A model generated the notes under the pieces. That model had not been told where the DNA came from and did not search any database. It worked only from the letters and a program-made list of their open reading frames with translations. Shown in pieces: positions 27,858 to 37,570 of a DNA stretch of 64,000 nucleotides. Position 1 is the first letter of the stretch. Every line of letters starts with the position of its first letter. Source of the DNA: a virus. The position numbers were made by a program, and so were the translations under genes. The stretch lies in IMG/VR virus record IMGVR_UViG_3300048909_000109. One strand, written 5' to 3'.

Positions 27858-27908
27858 TTGCATCCTGGTAGCCACGCGCATATAATGTCCGTATCGCAAC
27901 AACGCGAT
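27858..27908 (+). promoter_or_regulatory. Early promoter with +1 hairpin
   Basis: TTGCAT-17-TATAAT-6-ATCGC AACAAC GCGAT. Confidence 0.8.
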
Positions 27909-27919
27909 GGAGACTTGAA

Positions 27920-29085
27920 ATGTTTGATGTCCATGCTTACCTCCGTGCCGAATTCCGTCGGTACTATCCCGATGCACCGCGCATCGATGTCCATGAGGGT
28001 GATGAAGTCTGGGACATTGGTGTTCACCTGCCGGGCGGAACGATCCTGAAATGGCATATGGATGTCGGATCCGACGACGAATGCTTCCGCTTCATGGGTG
28101 AATATGGGAACGAGCTGACCGTGCCGTTCGCGCCCGAGATGTCCGCATGAGGAACGATCCCAACATCATGGACCTGTCGTTTCCTATGGACGGGTTGGTC
28201 GTAACGTTCGTGGATCCTTGGTTCGTGAACGCCTACGGAACCTCATTCATGGGCGACAGTCCCGAAGACGTCATCCGACAGGCCGACGCTTACGGCGAAC
28301 TTCACGGCCGTCGCGCTATGACGCTGATCCCATTCCAGATCAAGGAACCGTCGTGAGCATCTTCAGAGACCATGCGTTCGGGTATAACACAACCGAGAAG
28401 CAAGAACGGGAACGTGAGCTTCGCCGGCGCATCAACGAGAACCTGAAGAATATCTATTCGGGCAAGTACCGTCGGGAAGCCGACGCGAAGCGCAAGGACA
28501 AGCGCACGGAACTCGAAAAGGCCACAGCCAACGAAATTGCGATGGGCAACATGGTGCTTGAGCGCCGTGACCTCGACAAGAAGCTCAAGCGACTGTTGCT
28601 GAAGCAGGACTTGAAAGGCGCCGAGCTCGAATACGCTGAAGACCTGCAGATGCGCGTCGATCAACTCGACGAAGAGCTCTCGGGCTACACGCAGGACGAA
28701 TTGCGGCGATTTGTCAGGCTATGGAACAAGTCGCGGAAAGCGAAGTACAGGCTATGACCTTCACCCGTGACGAAATCGCCGTGCTCGCATTCTTCTTTGG
28801 CCTCATGGCCTTAATGTTCGTAGGGAGTCTATCATGAAGTATAAGTTCCTCGCATTCTTGCTCGTGGTGAATGAGGTCTCTGGACTCGCAATCGCCGCAA
28901 CATCGCATAGCCAAAAGGCTTTCGGTCAAACGATCCTCGGAGGTATTGGAACAGTCGTCGGGCTCGGGATCCTGTGGCTGTTCGCTCGTCTAGGCTTCTT
29001 CCGCGGTCTCAAGTTCAAGCACTACGTCTTCCTGCTGTCATGTGTGCTGATCGCTGGAGCTGCAGGGTACTTCATCGGCCGATAG
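27920..29085 (+). other. Run of small CDSs (27920-28150, 28147-28356, 28353-28757 coiled coil, 28754-28837 and 28834-29085 membrane proteins)
   Basis: ATGA/GTGA-coupled ORFs; last two hydrophobic. Confidence 0.55.
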
Positions 29086-29086
29086 A

Positions 29087-29644
29087 TCAGTCGTCGTCCT
29101 CGTTCGACAGCCGCCAATAGCTGCGCTTGTTGTCGCCGAAACCTTCCTGCGTCTTGACTACCCCAATCATACGTGCTGCCTTTCGGAGCGCGCGTTCCGT
29201 ATAGCCGCCGCAGTTTGCAGGCTTCCGGAGCTCGTCCCAGAACATTCCCTTCCGCCCGAGGGTTAAGCGTAGGAAATTAGCTGCGCCATCGACACTGTAA
29301 GTTTCGGCCTCTATCACGCCGAGAAACTCTTCGCTCTGTGGAACTCGCTGTAGCGCTTCCATCACCTTGCGCCTGTGTCGTGCTGTGAACCCGCGTCTGC
29401 CGTGAAGACCTGTGATCGCAGACTTGATGACGTCTCGAAGCACCAAGTTCCACCACCATTGCCGGGGAGGGTTCGTCGTCCATTTTGTCCAGGTAGATCG
29501 GGAAATGTCCAGCATGTAGGCGCACTTTGAGCCATTCTCTTTGAAGAGCTCGAATAGAACATCCGTCAGAGCATTGAACTCGTCTACATCCAGTTTTGGC
29601 TTCCGGATTTTCACTTTGACATTTCGTCTTGTAGATTTTTCCAT
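29087..29644 (-). CDS. Two-domain DNA-binding protein (HTH plus helicase-type winged helix)
   Basis: CAYMLDISRSTWTKW HTH; GYTERALRKAARMIGVVK...YWRL resembles the primase-helicase C-terminus. Confidence 0.6.
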   Translation of the reverse strand: MEKSTRRNVKVKIRKPKLDVDEFNALTDVLFELFKENGSKCAYMLDISRSTWTKWTTNPPRQWWWNLVLRDVIKSAITGLHGRRGFTARHRRKVMEALQRVPQSEEFLGVIEAETYSVDGAANFLRLTLGRKGMFWDELRKPANCGGYTERALRKAARMIGVVKTQEGFGDNKRSYWRLSNEDDD

Positions 29645-30419
29645 CTTGTAGTTTTTCCTAGCGCTATATACACACCAGATTGTCGATTTCGCGGTTTTTC
29701 ACTCAAGAGTAGTGCCGAAATAGGACCAGATTGGCATTTCCGTATGGCATTTTACAGGAAGAGCGCCTTAGTGTCAATACGGAACAAATCTTGAGTAAAA
29801 ACCTACAAAAACTACAATAACTGGACTGTTCGCGCATGGGCAAACCCGTAACAGGATTGGATCTATGCAGACCAGGATCGTGATTTTAGGGGAGAAAAGA
29901 CCAGCTGGACCAGCCGAGAGACGGACCAATATGAGCCACGTAATTACGTGATAGACTAGGTAGAGCTGTATAGCCTGCAACTGTATAGGACGGGTATGGA
30001 CCAGCCAGTACTCTGACCAACTTCTCTACAGCAAGACTTGATCGAGACAAGTTCAGACGAGCGGAATGCTTACAACTAATTACGTGTCGGTTGGTCCAAC
30101 CAGCATGTGAAGTGTTTATAGTGCGGCTGCTGTGGGCAATAATCTGCGTGCTGGCCATATGGATCTATCTGCACCTACACCTTCAACTGTATAGCCAGGG
30201 TAAGCAATAGTTGGTCCAGCCGTAAGATTAGCCAAGCCATGGTTGGCCCAGCCGCTGAACGCTGGCCGTCCCACATGGACATACTACACGTGGCTGGCCC
30301 ACCCGCTGAACGGATTATGGTTAAGCCAAACTTAATGGTAACCAAATATGGTTAAGCCAGCGCAGCGGAATTGTTAACCATATTCCGTCCCAATACGAGA
30401 CAGAGAAAAAAGAAATGGC
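29645..30419. repeat. Non-coding block with short direct repeats and CtrA-type boxes (origin/terminus candidate)
   Basis: TAATTACGTG x2, CTGTATAG x3, TGGCCCA(G/C)CCGCTGAACG x2, TTAACCAT x3. Confidence 0.55.
30320..30335. promoter_or_regulatory. Consensus CtrA box
   Basis: TTAA-GCCAAAC-TTAA; reads TTAA-N7-TTAAC on minus strand. Confidence 0.75.
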
Positions 30420-30473
30420 TTATTGATTTGTTAATAGATTGCGCGCATATTGTGATTGTCGCAATGACGCGAC
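30420..30473 (+). promoter_or_regulatory. Promoter with CtrA-like box and +1 hairpin
   Basis: TTAT-N7-TTAA over TTGATT-17-CATATT-6-GTCGC AATGAC GCGAC. Confidence 0.75.
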
Positions 30474-30490
30474 ATCGAAAGGAAATGAAC

Positions 30491-30775
30491 ATGCCTGCAC
30501 GTAAATCAACGACGTTCCCGATTGTGCTCAAGTCGATCATCAACGACGCGCACAAGGATAACAAGTCGTTCACGTTGAACGACAAACAAATCCGTTCGCG
30601 TTTGCGTTCGAAGGTTGCATCGCACATTCGCAACACTTCATGGGTTGCGAACAATCAACGCGAATATGATGCAATCCGCGCCGCGTTCGACACTACCTAT
30701 GCCGCCAAAATCGCTCGTCCTGCGCGTTCGCGCAAGTCGACGAAAAAGGCGAACGTCGAAACGACTGACGCCTAA
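30491..30775 (+). CDS. Basic DNA-binding protein, divergent HTH-Trp-like
   Basis: AAAGGA RBS; DKQIRSRLR...TSW. Confidence 0.6.
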   Translation: MPARKSTTFPIVLKSIINDAHKDNKSFTLNDKQIRSRLRSKVASHIRNTSWVANNQREYDAIRAAFDTTYAAKIARPARSRKSTKKANVETTDA

Positions 30776-30912
30776 TGCCGTTACGTGTCGCGCATGACTG
30801 TCCGTTGTGCGCGACACAACCTGCCTCTGATGCGCGTTACATGAAATGCCCTGTGCATCCGTCGTGTTCCGTAATGTGACCTTCACTGACGCGCATCTTT
30901 TTCTATCCGTCC

Positions 30913-30944
30913 GTAACGATTTCTTAATCTGTTGCACGTATACT
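30913..30944 (+). promoter_or_regulatory. CtrA-type promoter
   Basis: GTAA-N7-TTAA ending 11 nt before TATACT; no canonical -35. Confidence 0.6.
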
Positions 30945-30972
30945 GTGAACATCGAAACGAAAGGAACTGACC

Positions 30973-31083
30973 ATGATCCGCATTGTTCAAATCGCCGTTC
31001 CGCTCTACGTGTTCTACTGTCTGATCCCGTTGCTGTCGAACTTCTATCACACCATGACCACGCTATCGAACGTCCTGCCTTAA
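30973..31083 (+). CDS. 36-aa hydrophobic peptide (not in ORF track)
   Basis: AAAGGA RBS; MIRIVQIAVPLYVFYCLIPLLSNFYHTMTTLSNVLP. Confidence 0.55.
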   Translation: MIRIVQIAVPLYVFYCLIPLLSNFYHTMTTLSNVLP

Positions 31084-31454
31084 TAAATTAACCCGCCTGC
31101 GTTCATGACCGCCCCGTCCAAAAAACCGGGCCATGAACGTATCCCACGCACCTGGTCCCATCTTATATAGCTTGGAAAATGAGAGTCATGTAATTACGTG
31201 TCACTGGTTGATCCGTGCATGGGATGTCTCGGTTGCCCGCAGCATCCAGTCCTGATAGACTATTACATCATGACGACAGAACGTGTCCACTTCCGACTGA
31301 TCCAGATGCCTTGCTGCAACTTCTTGGCCTGCTGGGTTAATCCCCCGCTTCCCATCCTACTGTCCAGAATGCGGCAAGTCCGTCTATCCGCAGGTCAAGG
31401 GCGGGGTACTCATGGACGACGACACGGCTACCCTTAAGTATGAGGAGAAGAAAC

Positions 31455-31685
31455 ATGCCTCTAGAACGTAAGCACTTCGGCGAGGTGTTCGAAGGGAAGA
31501 ACGTGGGACAAGGTATCCCACAGGTAACTCTCCGGCGCTTGACACTGGAGGAGGAGCAGAGCCTGAACGGAGGATCCCACTGCCTCGGAGAATGTGTGGG
31601 TATCTTTCACGGCGCGGACATAATCGCATTCTGCGCACTCGAGGACCTATTCGACTGCGACGGCAACCGGTTCTACAATGACTGA
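31455..31685 (+). CDS. Hypothetical protein
   Basis: GAGGAG RBS before ATG 31455. Confidence 0.5.
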   Translation: MPLERKHFGEVFEGKNVGQGIPQVTLRRLTLEEEQSLNGGSHCLGECVGIFHGADIIAFCALEDLFDCDGNRFYND

Positions 31686-32181
31686 GCGCAGCGTCTTACA
31701 GCCCTGGGTCATGGAATTACCTTGGCGCCAGCAAGGAGTCTTGATCCTCGCACTTCGTGGACCTGACGGAGTAACGAAGGAAGCCGGCTGCAAACCGCTG
31801 ATCCGATCACTTCGCGGATGCGTCATGAACTCGGCGCAGACTGGACGACCCTTAGCTGTGGGTGAACGTCTCGTCGAAGGCGACGACTTCATGCGGATGG
31901 ACCTGATGAGCAACTGGGCAGATTGGTCCACGACCTGCAAGAAGTTCTTCCGGGACATCGACACCTACAACATCCACTTCTACCAGCACCTGATCCACGC
32001 CGCGATGATCTGCGGTTACCGGTATCCCGACGAGGAAGTAGGCCGGATGTGGGATTGGTTCTACAAGAAGGCTTGCGGCAAGCTGCACATGAAGCCCGAG
32101 ACGCCGCAGGATATGGACTTCCGTCTGCGGGACGGTCCTCGCGAGGAGGACAAGGAAGAGAGATTGGAGCGAAGGCAATGA
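31678..32181 (+). CDS. Conserved phage hypothetical protein
   Basis: SVLQPWV.ELP.RQQGVLILALRGPDG...HFYQHLIHAA pattern. Confidence 0.65.
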   Translation: MTERSVLQPWVMELPWRQQGVLILALRGPDGVTKEAGCKPLIRSLRGCVMNSAQTGRPLAVGERLVEGDDFMRMDLMSNWADWSTTCKKFFRDIDTYNIHFYQHLIHAAMICGYRYPDEEVGRMWDWFYKKACGKLHMKPETPQDMDFRLRDGPREEDKEERLERRQ

Positions 32182-32354
32182 CTAACGCCGAGGTCAAGAA
32201 CTCCACCTTCGTCTTCGATAGTGGAGAGAAGAAGATCGGCGACTGTACTGTAGATGAGCTATATCACATCATCGGCTATCAGCAGGAAACCTTGCTGAAG
32301 GCTCAAGCAGTGCTCCACCAGCAACACAATCTACTGAAGATGCGGAGGCACTAA
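32178..32354 (+). CDS. Hypothetical protein
   Basis: ATGA coupling, 58 aa. Confidence 0.5.
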   Translation: MTNAEVKNSTFVFDSGEKKIGDCTVDELYHIIGYQQETLLKAQAVLHQQHNLLKMRRH

Positions 32355-32776
32355 TGCGTGACATCAGCACAGAGGACCTGATCCAGACGCTCGTCATCAA
32401 GACCGGCGCCGCAGAGCGGGCGCGGTGCGTCTATGCGATCCATCCCACGGCGGCGAACGCTAAGGCAGTCAACGCTCGATCCCGCGAGGAGAAGGATGCA
32501 AGGCGAGCGCTCGACGCACACCTGCGGGAATGTCTACGCCTAGTCAAGGCCACCCAGCACATCAAGATGCCCCGTAGCTTCATAGCTCTCAGTCGGCGTC
32601 TACCTGCCCGCACTGTGGCGGCACTCCGAACTGCCGGGATCACCCAACCAGAGACAATGACCATGGAGGATCTGCTGCGCGTCCCCAACATCGGGGTCCA
32701 GGGAGTTGCCTGCTTGGCGATGAGAGTGTATAGTAATCCGACGCATCCCATCAATTGGCCGGAGCTTGAGAAATGA
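32354..32776 (+). CDS. Protein with RNA polymerase alpha-CTD-like HhH domain
   Basis: LPARTVAALRTAGI...EDLLRVPNIG. Confidence 0.65.
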   Translation: MRDISTEDLIQTLVIKTGAAERARCVYAIHPTAANAKAVNARSREEKDARRALDAHLRECLRLVKATQHIKMPRSFIALSRRLPARTVAALRTAGITQPETMTMEDLLRVPNIGVQGVACLAMRVYSNPTHPINWPELEK

Positions 32777-33751
32777 GCACACTAGCAATTGTGATCGCCG
32801 CGGCAACAGGCGTTTCCATCGGCGTAGGTCTCGCACTTGGCCAGCTCATCAAGCGGCACAAGGAAGACGAGCATATCCTCTCGATGGTCAGGCGCGGGTT
32901 CATCACCCCGAACGAGGCGGAAGAGTGGCGCCGCACCGGCAGTCCACCCAGACGATTGACAAGTGGGGCCCTGAGTCCATACGGAGACGACTAAATGCCG
33001 TTCGTCGCTGTCTATCCTGAGGACGCTCGAGCTTGGCACGAGAACGAGCAGGCGATCAAGGAAATCTTGAAGCACTTCACTTACCGTCCTCGTTGGCACT
33101 TCGAGACTAGCCTAGGAATGTTGAGGGTGACAGCTGAGGTGGTTGATGCCAACAATCCGGATAGGATGATACCACTTATCTTTGACCAACCAATACCTCG
33201 TCATCCGATGAGGGACTTCGACTGGACTCGTTGGCTATTTGAGCAGATCAAGAATATCGAACACCACGAGTTGCAGGAGTTCTTCCGCATCGATGGTAAG
33301 CCGGTATACGAGCCACATCCGGAGTTAGTAGGCAGGTGAGTAAGAAGAAACGAGGCCGGTGCGTCTGCTCAGAGCATAAAGCCATCAAACAGTATGGCGT
33401 CAAGTTCTGCAGCAACTGCAAGAAGATCCTGAAGTATGGAGTGAAACCTCAATGAGCAAGTATGAGCGGCAATGGATCCCCGTCGGCAGCCTCGAGGTTG
33501 GCAACGTCTTCGAACTACCTAGACGCGAGGACACGATCTGCCGCGTCGATCACCACAGCCTAGTCGAGGAGGAAGGCCGAAGTTTCCACATCATCGGCTA
33601 CTCGATCCTGGAAGGCGGACTTCACTGGCCTGTCATCTACCTACCTGTGGATTATCAGGTCGTCCTGCTTCTACCAACCACCACCTATGTCAAGCTCAGC
33701 GGCAAAGAGTGGGTTGATAGTCTGACTGAGCATCATGGAGTGAAAGAATGA
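32773..33751 (+). other. Small coupled CDSs (32773-32994 TM-anchored, 32995-33339, 33336-33455 Cys-rich, 33452-33751)
   Basis: Abutting ORFs with 1-4 nt overlaps. Confidence 0.55.
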
Positions 33752-34170
33752 GATACGAAGAAGAAGTACCGGTTGCGGGTCTAGCGACCTGGGTTATCAA
33801 GTGGATCCTTACCCCACTGATCGTTCTAGCGATCCTCGGAATGGTCGGCTGTCCGAGGTATAACGTCTACTCCCAGGAAATGGAGGGCCGTGCAAAGCTT
33901 GCTGAAGCACAGTCATCCCGTCAGGTCGCCACACTCGAGGCGAAACAGAAGATGGAGTCGGCGCAATTCCTCGCAGAAGCCGAGGTCACTCGAGCGAAGG
34001 GTGCAGCGCAGGCCAACCATATCCTGCAGAACTCACTCGGCGGACCGGATGGCTATCTCCGATACCTGACGATCCAGGCATATGAGAACACCCATGCCCA
34101 GTTGATCTATGTGCCGACAGAAGCTGGCATCCCGATCACTGAAGCGCGTCGAACACCACCAACGAAATGA
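33748..34170 (+). CDS. SPFH/band-7-related membrane protein
   Basis: N-terminal TM, AKLAEA...AEAEVTRAKG.A.AN coiled coil, IYVPTEAGIPI. Confidence 0.7.
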   Translation: MRYEEEVPVAGLATWVIKWILTPLIVLAILGMVGCPRYNVYSQEMEGRAKLAEAQSSRQVATLEAKQKMESAQFLAEAEVTRAKGAAQANHILQNSLGGPDGYLRYLTIQAYENTHAQLIYVPTEAGIPITEARRTPPTK

Positions 34171-34261
34171 CGCAGAATAGTGCAATATGACGCGACTTGC
34201 ATGAATTGACCTAGGACAGTTGCGGTGCGATCATCAAATCTCCATCAACACAAGGAGAAAG

Positions 34262-34486
34262 ATGATGGCCCGCAACTGTCCAAGTTACAAGACTCTATAC
34301 CAAGAAACCAGTGCCGAGAACCGTGAGCTTAAGCGGAAGCTCCGGTCCATCGAAAGTAAGATGGAAGTCCGTGACCTCTATGAAGATGATAAGGACGAAG
34401 AAGTCACCATCACGGCTCGGGCCCGCGAACTCCAGGATCCTCGCCTCGATCTTGAGGGCCGTGCAGTTCTGCTGGTTTGGTTATAG
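34262..34486 (+). CDS. Hypothetical coiled-coil protein
   Basis: AAGGAG RBS; upstream TTGACC-17-GATCAT. Confidence 0.5.
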   Translation: MMARNCPSYKTLYQETSAENRELKRKLRSIESKMEVRDLYEDDKDEEVTITARARELQDPRLDLEGRAVLLVWL

Positions 34487-34551
34487 GGAGTTTAAGAGGA
34501 ATTGACATCAGGTGCCACTTCGACGACAATTTAGCGTTAAGGAGGCACCTG

Positions 34552-34986
34552 ATGTTTGGCAGATCAGAACGAAAGACACCGTTCCAGCGTGAGCAGAACC
34601 AAAAACTCGAGCATCTTCGAGACGACTGCATCGCGCTCTTCATCAACTCGGGTCTGACGCAGAAGCAGATCCACGAACGCGGCGGCCCGACGCCGGCTAC
34701 CATATCAAAGTGGTTATACGGTGAAACTCACTTTCCACGTTACGCCTCGATTGAGGCCTTCTTGCTGGCACTTGGTCACGAACTCGTGCCCGTATCCTCC
34801 GCTGTGGCCCAAGAACTGCGTAACAAGGGCCGCGGCATCTATCTCAACATCGACGTCTCATTCGTAGGCCGGCCTAAGATGCCGAAGAAAGGACCAAAGC
34901 ATGCAACCAAGTCACGCGGCAGCGGCAATGCTCGAGAGACTCGGCATTCCGTCCGAGGATCAAGGCGAGCAGTCGCCCGAAGGTAA
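34552..34986 (+). CDS. XRE-family HTH protein
   Basis: SGLTQKQIHERGGPTPATISKWLYGET..PRYASIEAFL; AGGAGG RBS. Confidence 0.75.
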   Translation: MFGRSERKTPFQREQNQKLEHLRDDCIALFINSGLTQKQIHERGGPTPATISKWLYGETHFPRYASIEAFLLALGHELVPVSSAVAQELRNKGRGIYLNIDVSFVGRPKMPKKGPKHATKSRGSGNARETRHSVRGSRRAVARR

Positions 34987-36563
34987 CACTCAAGCTCACC
35001 TAGTCTTCATGCTGCGCACGATCACGGGATGGGGCAATACAGAGAAGGCTCATCGTTGGCTCGGGTATGCACAGGCTCTCGCTGTCATGCTCGGCCTTGC
35101 GAGGCTCGAGGAAATGAAGGTACTCAACTATGAGAGTTAGCGAAGACCTCAAGCAGGCGCTCGTCACCCTATCGCCGCGCCGGCGTAAAGTCATCGGATG
35201 TGCCATCCGTGATACGCCAACCTTAGTGGCGATGTCCGACCTTGAAGAAAAGGCCTATCAGGAGCTTGGAAAGCTCGTACTCAACTCGGGGCCAATTTCG
35301 TGAGTCGATCACCGGTCGAGCGATACTGCGACAGTTGCGCTTACAAGCGCGGTTGGTTCTGGCCTACTATCGACCGGATCATCACTCGCTGCGGGGTTTG
35401 TGGCGAAGAGAGGGTTTGTAACAGAAGATGAGAGGATACAAGATGAACGACCAGACTATCGCTTTGTTGCGTAAGTCAGCAATTCAGTTTCGTTTCTACG
35501 CGCAGGAACACCTGACGAAGTCCGAGGCTGCAGTCGATGTTAAACAGAAGGAAGCGTCGCGCATCAAGAGCGCGATCAACCTGTCGCTCGCTGAACAGAT
35601 CGAGGATCACCTCCGAGACATCCACAATCAAACGCACCCGCTGAGCCCTGTGGAACAGCCTTTGACAGCGGACAACATGAGTGCGGACGACTGGGCACGT
35701 TCTTTAGGACGTTAACCAAATCCAGAGTTATTCACACATCAATCCCAGAGAAAGTTGTCTGGTTTTTCCAGATTTGTTATTGTTGTTGAGTTGAAAGGAT
35801 GGGGAATGAACCAGAAAACAATAGATGGCCAAATAGCGTGTATAACCCCAAGGATCGATGTTGAGGATGCGGGAAGTTTAATCCTGTTCATCGATCACTT
35901 CCTGCCGATGCTTGACAGCAATGATCCAGATAGTATGGATACGGCAGCTAACGTGTTTCGCGTCAGGCAGAAGATCCATCAATCGATCCCCGAACGTTTC
36001 CGAGTCGAGATACCCGAAGGAGTTAACCCGCATGAGTGAACTCATGATGTGGCGCAAGCGCTGGCAGGCGAAGGTGACACAAGCCTTCTCCGACCCACAC
36101 TACGCCACGGTCCCTACGACCACAGGTCTGAAGCCTCAGAACGTGAACACCTCTATTGTTGGTGAGCACATTTCTGTGGTATTTGTTCAGGGCAGTCAAG
36201 TTCGTCATTATGCCTTCGAGGGACAGGCGAACCGAGACCGCTTCGTCAACCTGTATCGTCAATTCGGTGCCAAGCCGTGCGGCGATCCACTCAAGGGAAC
36301 CGTTCGTGAACAAGCAAACTAGAGGCTTCCAGCCCACCGATGAAGATAACAAGTTTCTGGCCGATATGAAGGCAGCGATGCCCCCTAACATGGCGGACCA
36401 GAGGATCCTGGCCATCGCGTCTCAGTTCGTGGGTCAGTTGATCGCGCTGCAAGACCAGCGAAAGATCACGCCAGACATGGCAATGCAGATTGTGTCGGAG
36501 AATATCGAAATTGGTAACCGTGCCGCGTTAATGACGTTAACCAAGCCCGAAGGTTCGGCATAA
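34901..36563 (+). other. Run of small hypothetical CDSs (34901-35140, 35130-35303, 35300-35431 Zn-finger-like, 35443-35715, 35806-36039, 36032-36322, 36306-36563)
   Basis: Coupled ORFs, several with RBSs. Confidence 0.5.
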
Positions 36564-36570
36564 CCACAGG

Positions 36571-36599
36571 TTGACCTCTTAAACCAGCAGGTGTAGGAT
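36571..36599 (+). promoter_or_regulatory. Promoter giving a predicted leaderless mRNA
   Basis: TTGACC-17-TAGGAT; predicted +1 falls on ATG 36606. Confidence 0.6.
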
Positions 36600-36605
36600 T
36601 AAGGC

Positions 36606-36998
36606 ATGCCCACGACATCACAACAACTCGACGACTTCGCCACGGCAGCCGAGGCTGGTACGGTTTGGACACTCGACCTGCAGCAGCAACTCATGGATCT
36701 GATCCGTGAACCTGCGATGACGTTGCTTGGTCAGACGATCCCGCCGCTCAATCGATCATCCGCGATGGATAATATCTATCGCTGCAAACCTCAAGGATGG
36801 GTTCGTGCAGAACAGGAACTCCCGCCGGGACAAGGAGCCGTCGCAGGCTTCAGTCTGTGGCAACAGAACCCCGGCGAAACGTTCATGGGCCTCAAGATGG
36901 AGGTCGGCATCCAAAAATCTTGTGCGACTCTGGCGTTGGCTATGCTTGCCGCGACCGCAAGGGTTTGGGCTTACATCCTTAGGCAAGCTGGGAGATAG
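36606..36998 (+). CDS. Hypothetical protein
   Basis: 130 aa ORF, no Shine-Dalgarno. Confidence 0.55.
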   Translation: MPTTSQQLDDFATAAEAGTVWTLDLQQQLMDLIREPAMTLLGQTIPPLNRSSAMDNIYRCKPQGWVRAEQELPPGQGAVAGFSLWQQNPGETFMGLKMEVGIQKSCATLALAMLAATARVWAYILRQAGR

Positions 36999-37125
36999 GC
37001 TTATGGAAGGTTTTCGGCGGTTATTCATCCTTCAACCGCAGAGAGGAGGTCGGGACAGAAGTACCGATATTGTGCTCGGGGAAATTCTCCGGGAAGTTCA
37101 ACAACTCAGAAAGGAAGTAAGACAT

Positions 37126-37512
37126 ATGCAACAGCAGATCCAAGACGCACTTGCACAGCTTCAGACCGAGGTTGCCGCGGTGCGCGACACCGAGCAATCG
37201 GCTGTGGCCCTCATCACGGGTCTTCAGACGCAGCTCGCCAATGCCTTGAACAGCTCGAGCGATCCGACGGAAGTCGTCGCTGCTGTCCAGGCGATCACCG
37301 ATCAGCTCGGTCAGGATGCAGCTCCGCTCGCCGCGGCTGTTGCCAACCAGGGCACGGGCGGCGGTGCAGGTGCTCCCACGGGTGGCACCGATGCGGGCAG
37401 CGGTTCGGACACTTCGGGTTCGTCGGGCACCGATACCTCGGGCGCCGGCGGAACGGACACGGGAACCGGAACCGACACGGGTAGCGGCGACGCAACTGAC
37501 CCGACGGCCTAA
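37126..37512 (+). CDS. Helical protein with Gly/Thr/Ser/Asp-rich tail (alternative start 37003)
   Basis: LAQLQTEVAAVRDTEQSAVALITGL...DP coiled coil, then low-complexity tail. Confidence 0.65.
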   Translation: MQQQIQDALAQLQTEVAAVRDTEQSAVALITGLQTQLANALNSSSDPTEVVAAVQAITDQLGQDAAPLAAAVANQGTGGGAGAPTGGTDAGSGSDTSGSSGTDTSGAGGTDTGTGTDTGSGDATDPTA

Positions 37513-37527
37513 GCTGCGATCGACTAC

Positions 37528-37558
37528 GGGGACGGTGCTTCGGTGCCGTCCCCATTTT
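37528..37558 (+). terminator. Terminator with C-UUCG-G tetraloop
   Basis: GGGGACGGTGC TTCG GTGCCGTCCCC ATTTT. Confidence 0.75.
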
Positions 37559-37570
37559 AGTGAGGTCAGT

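Noticed and set aside
23189-30473. Recurrent hairpins as CRISPR repeats or terminators
   Set aside because: Dispersed, each tied to a promoter, no spacers and no U-tracts
36528-36541. TTAA-N5-TTAAC and TTAA-N4-TTAAC (31080-31092) as CtrA boxes
   Set aside because: Wrong spacing and not at promoter positions
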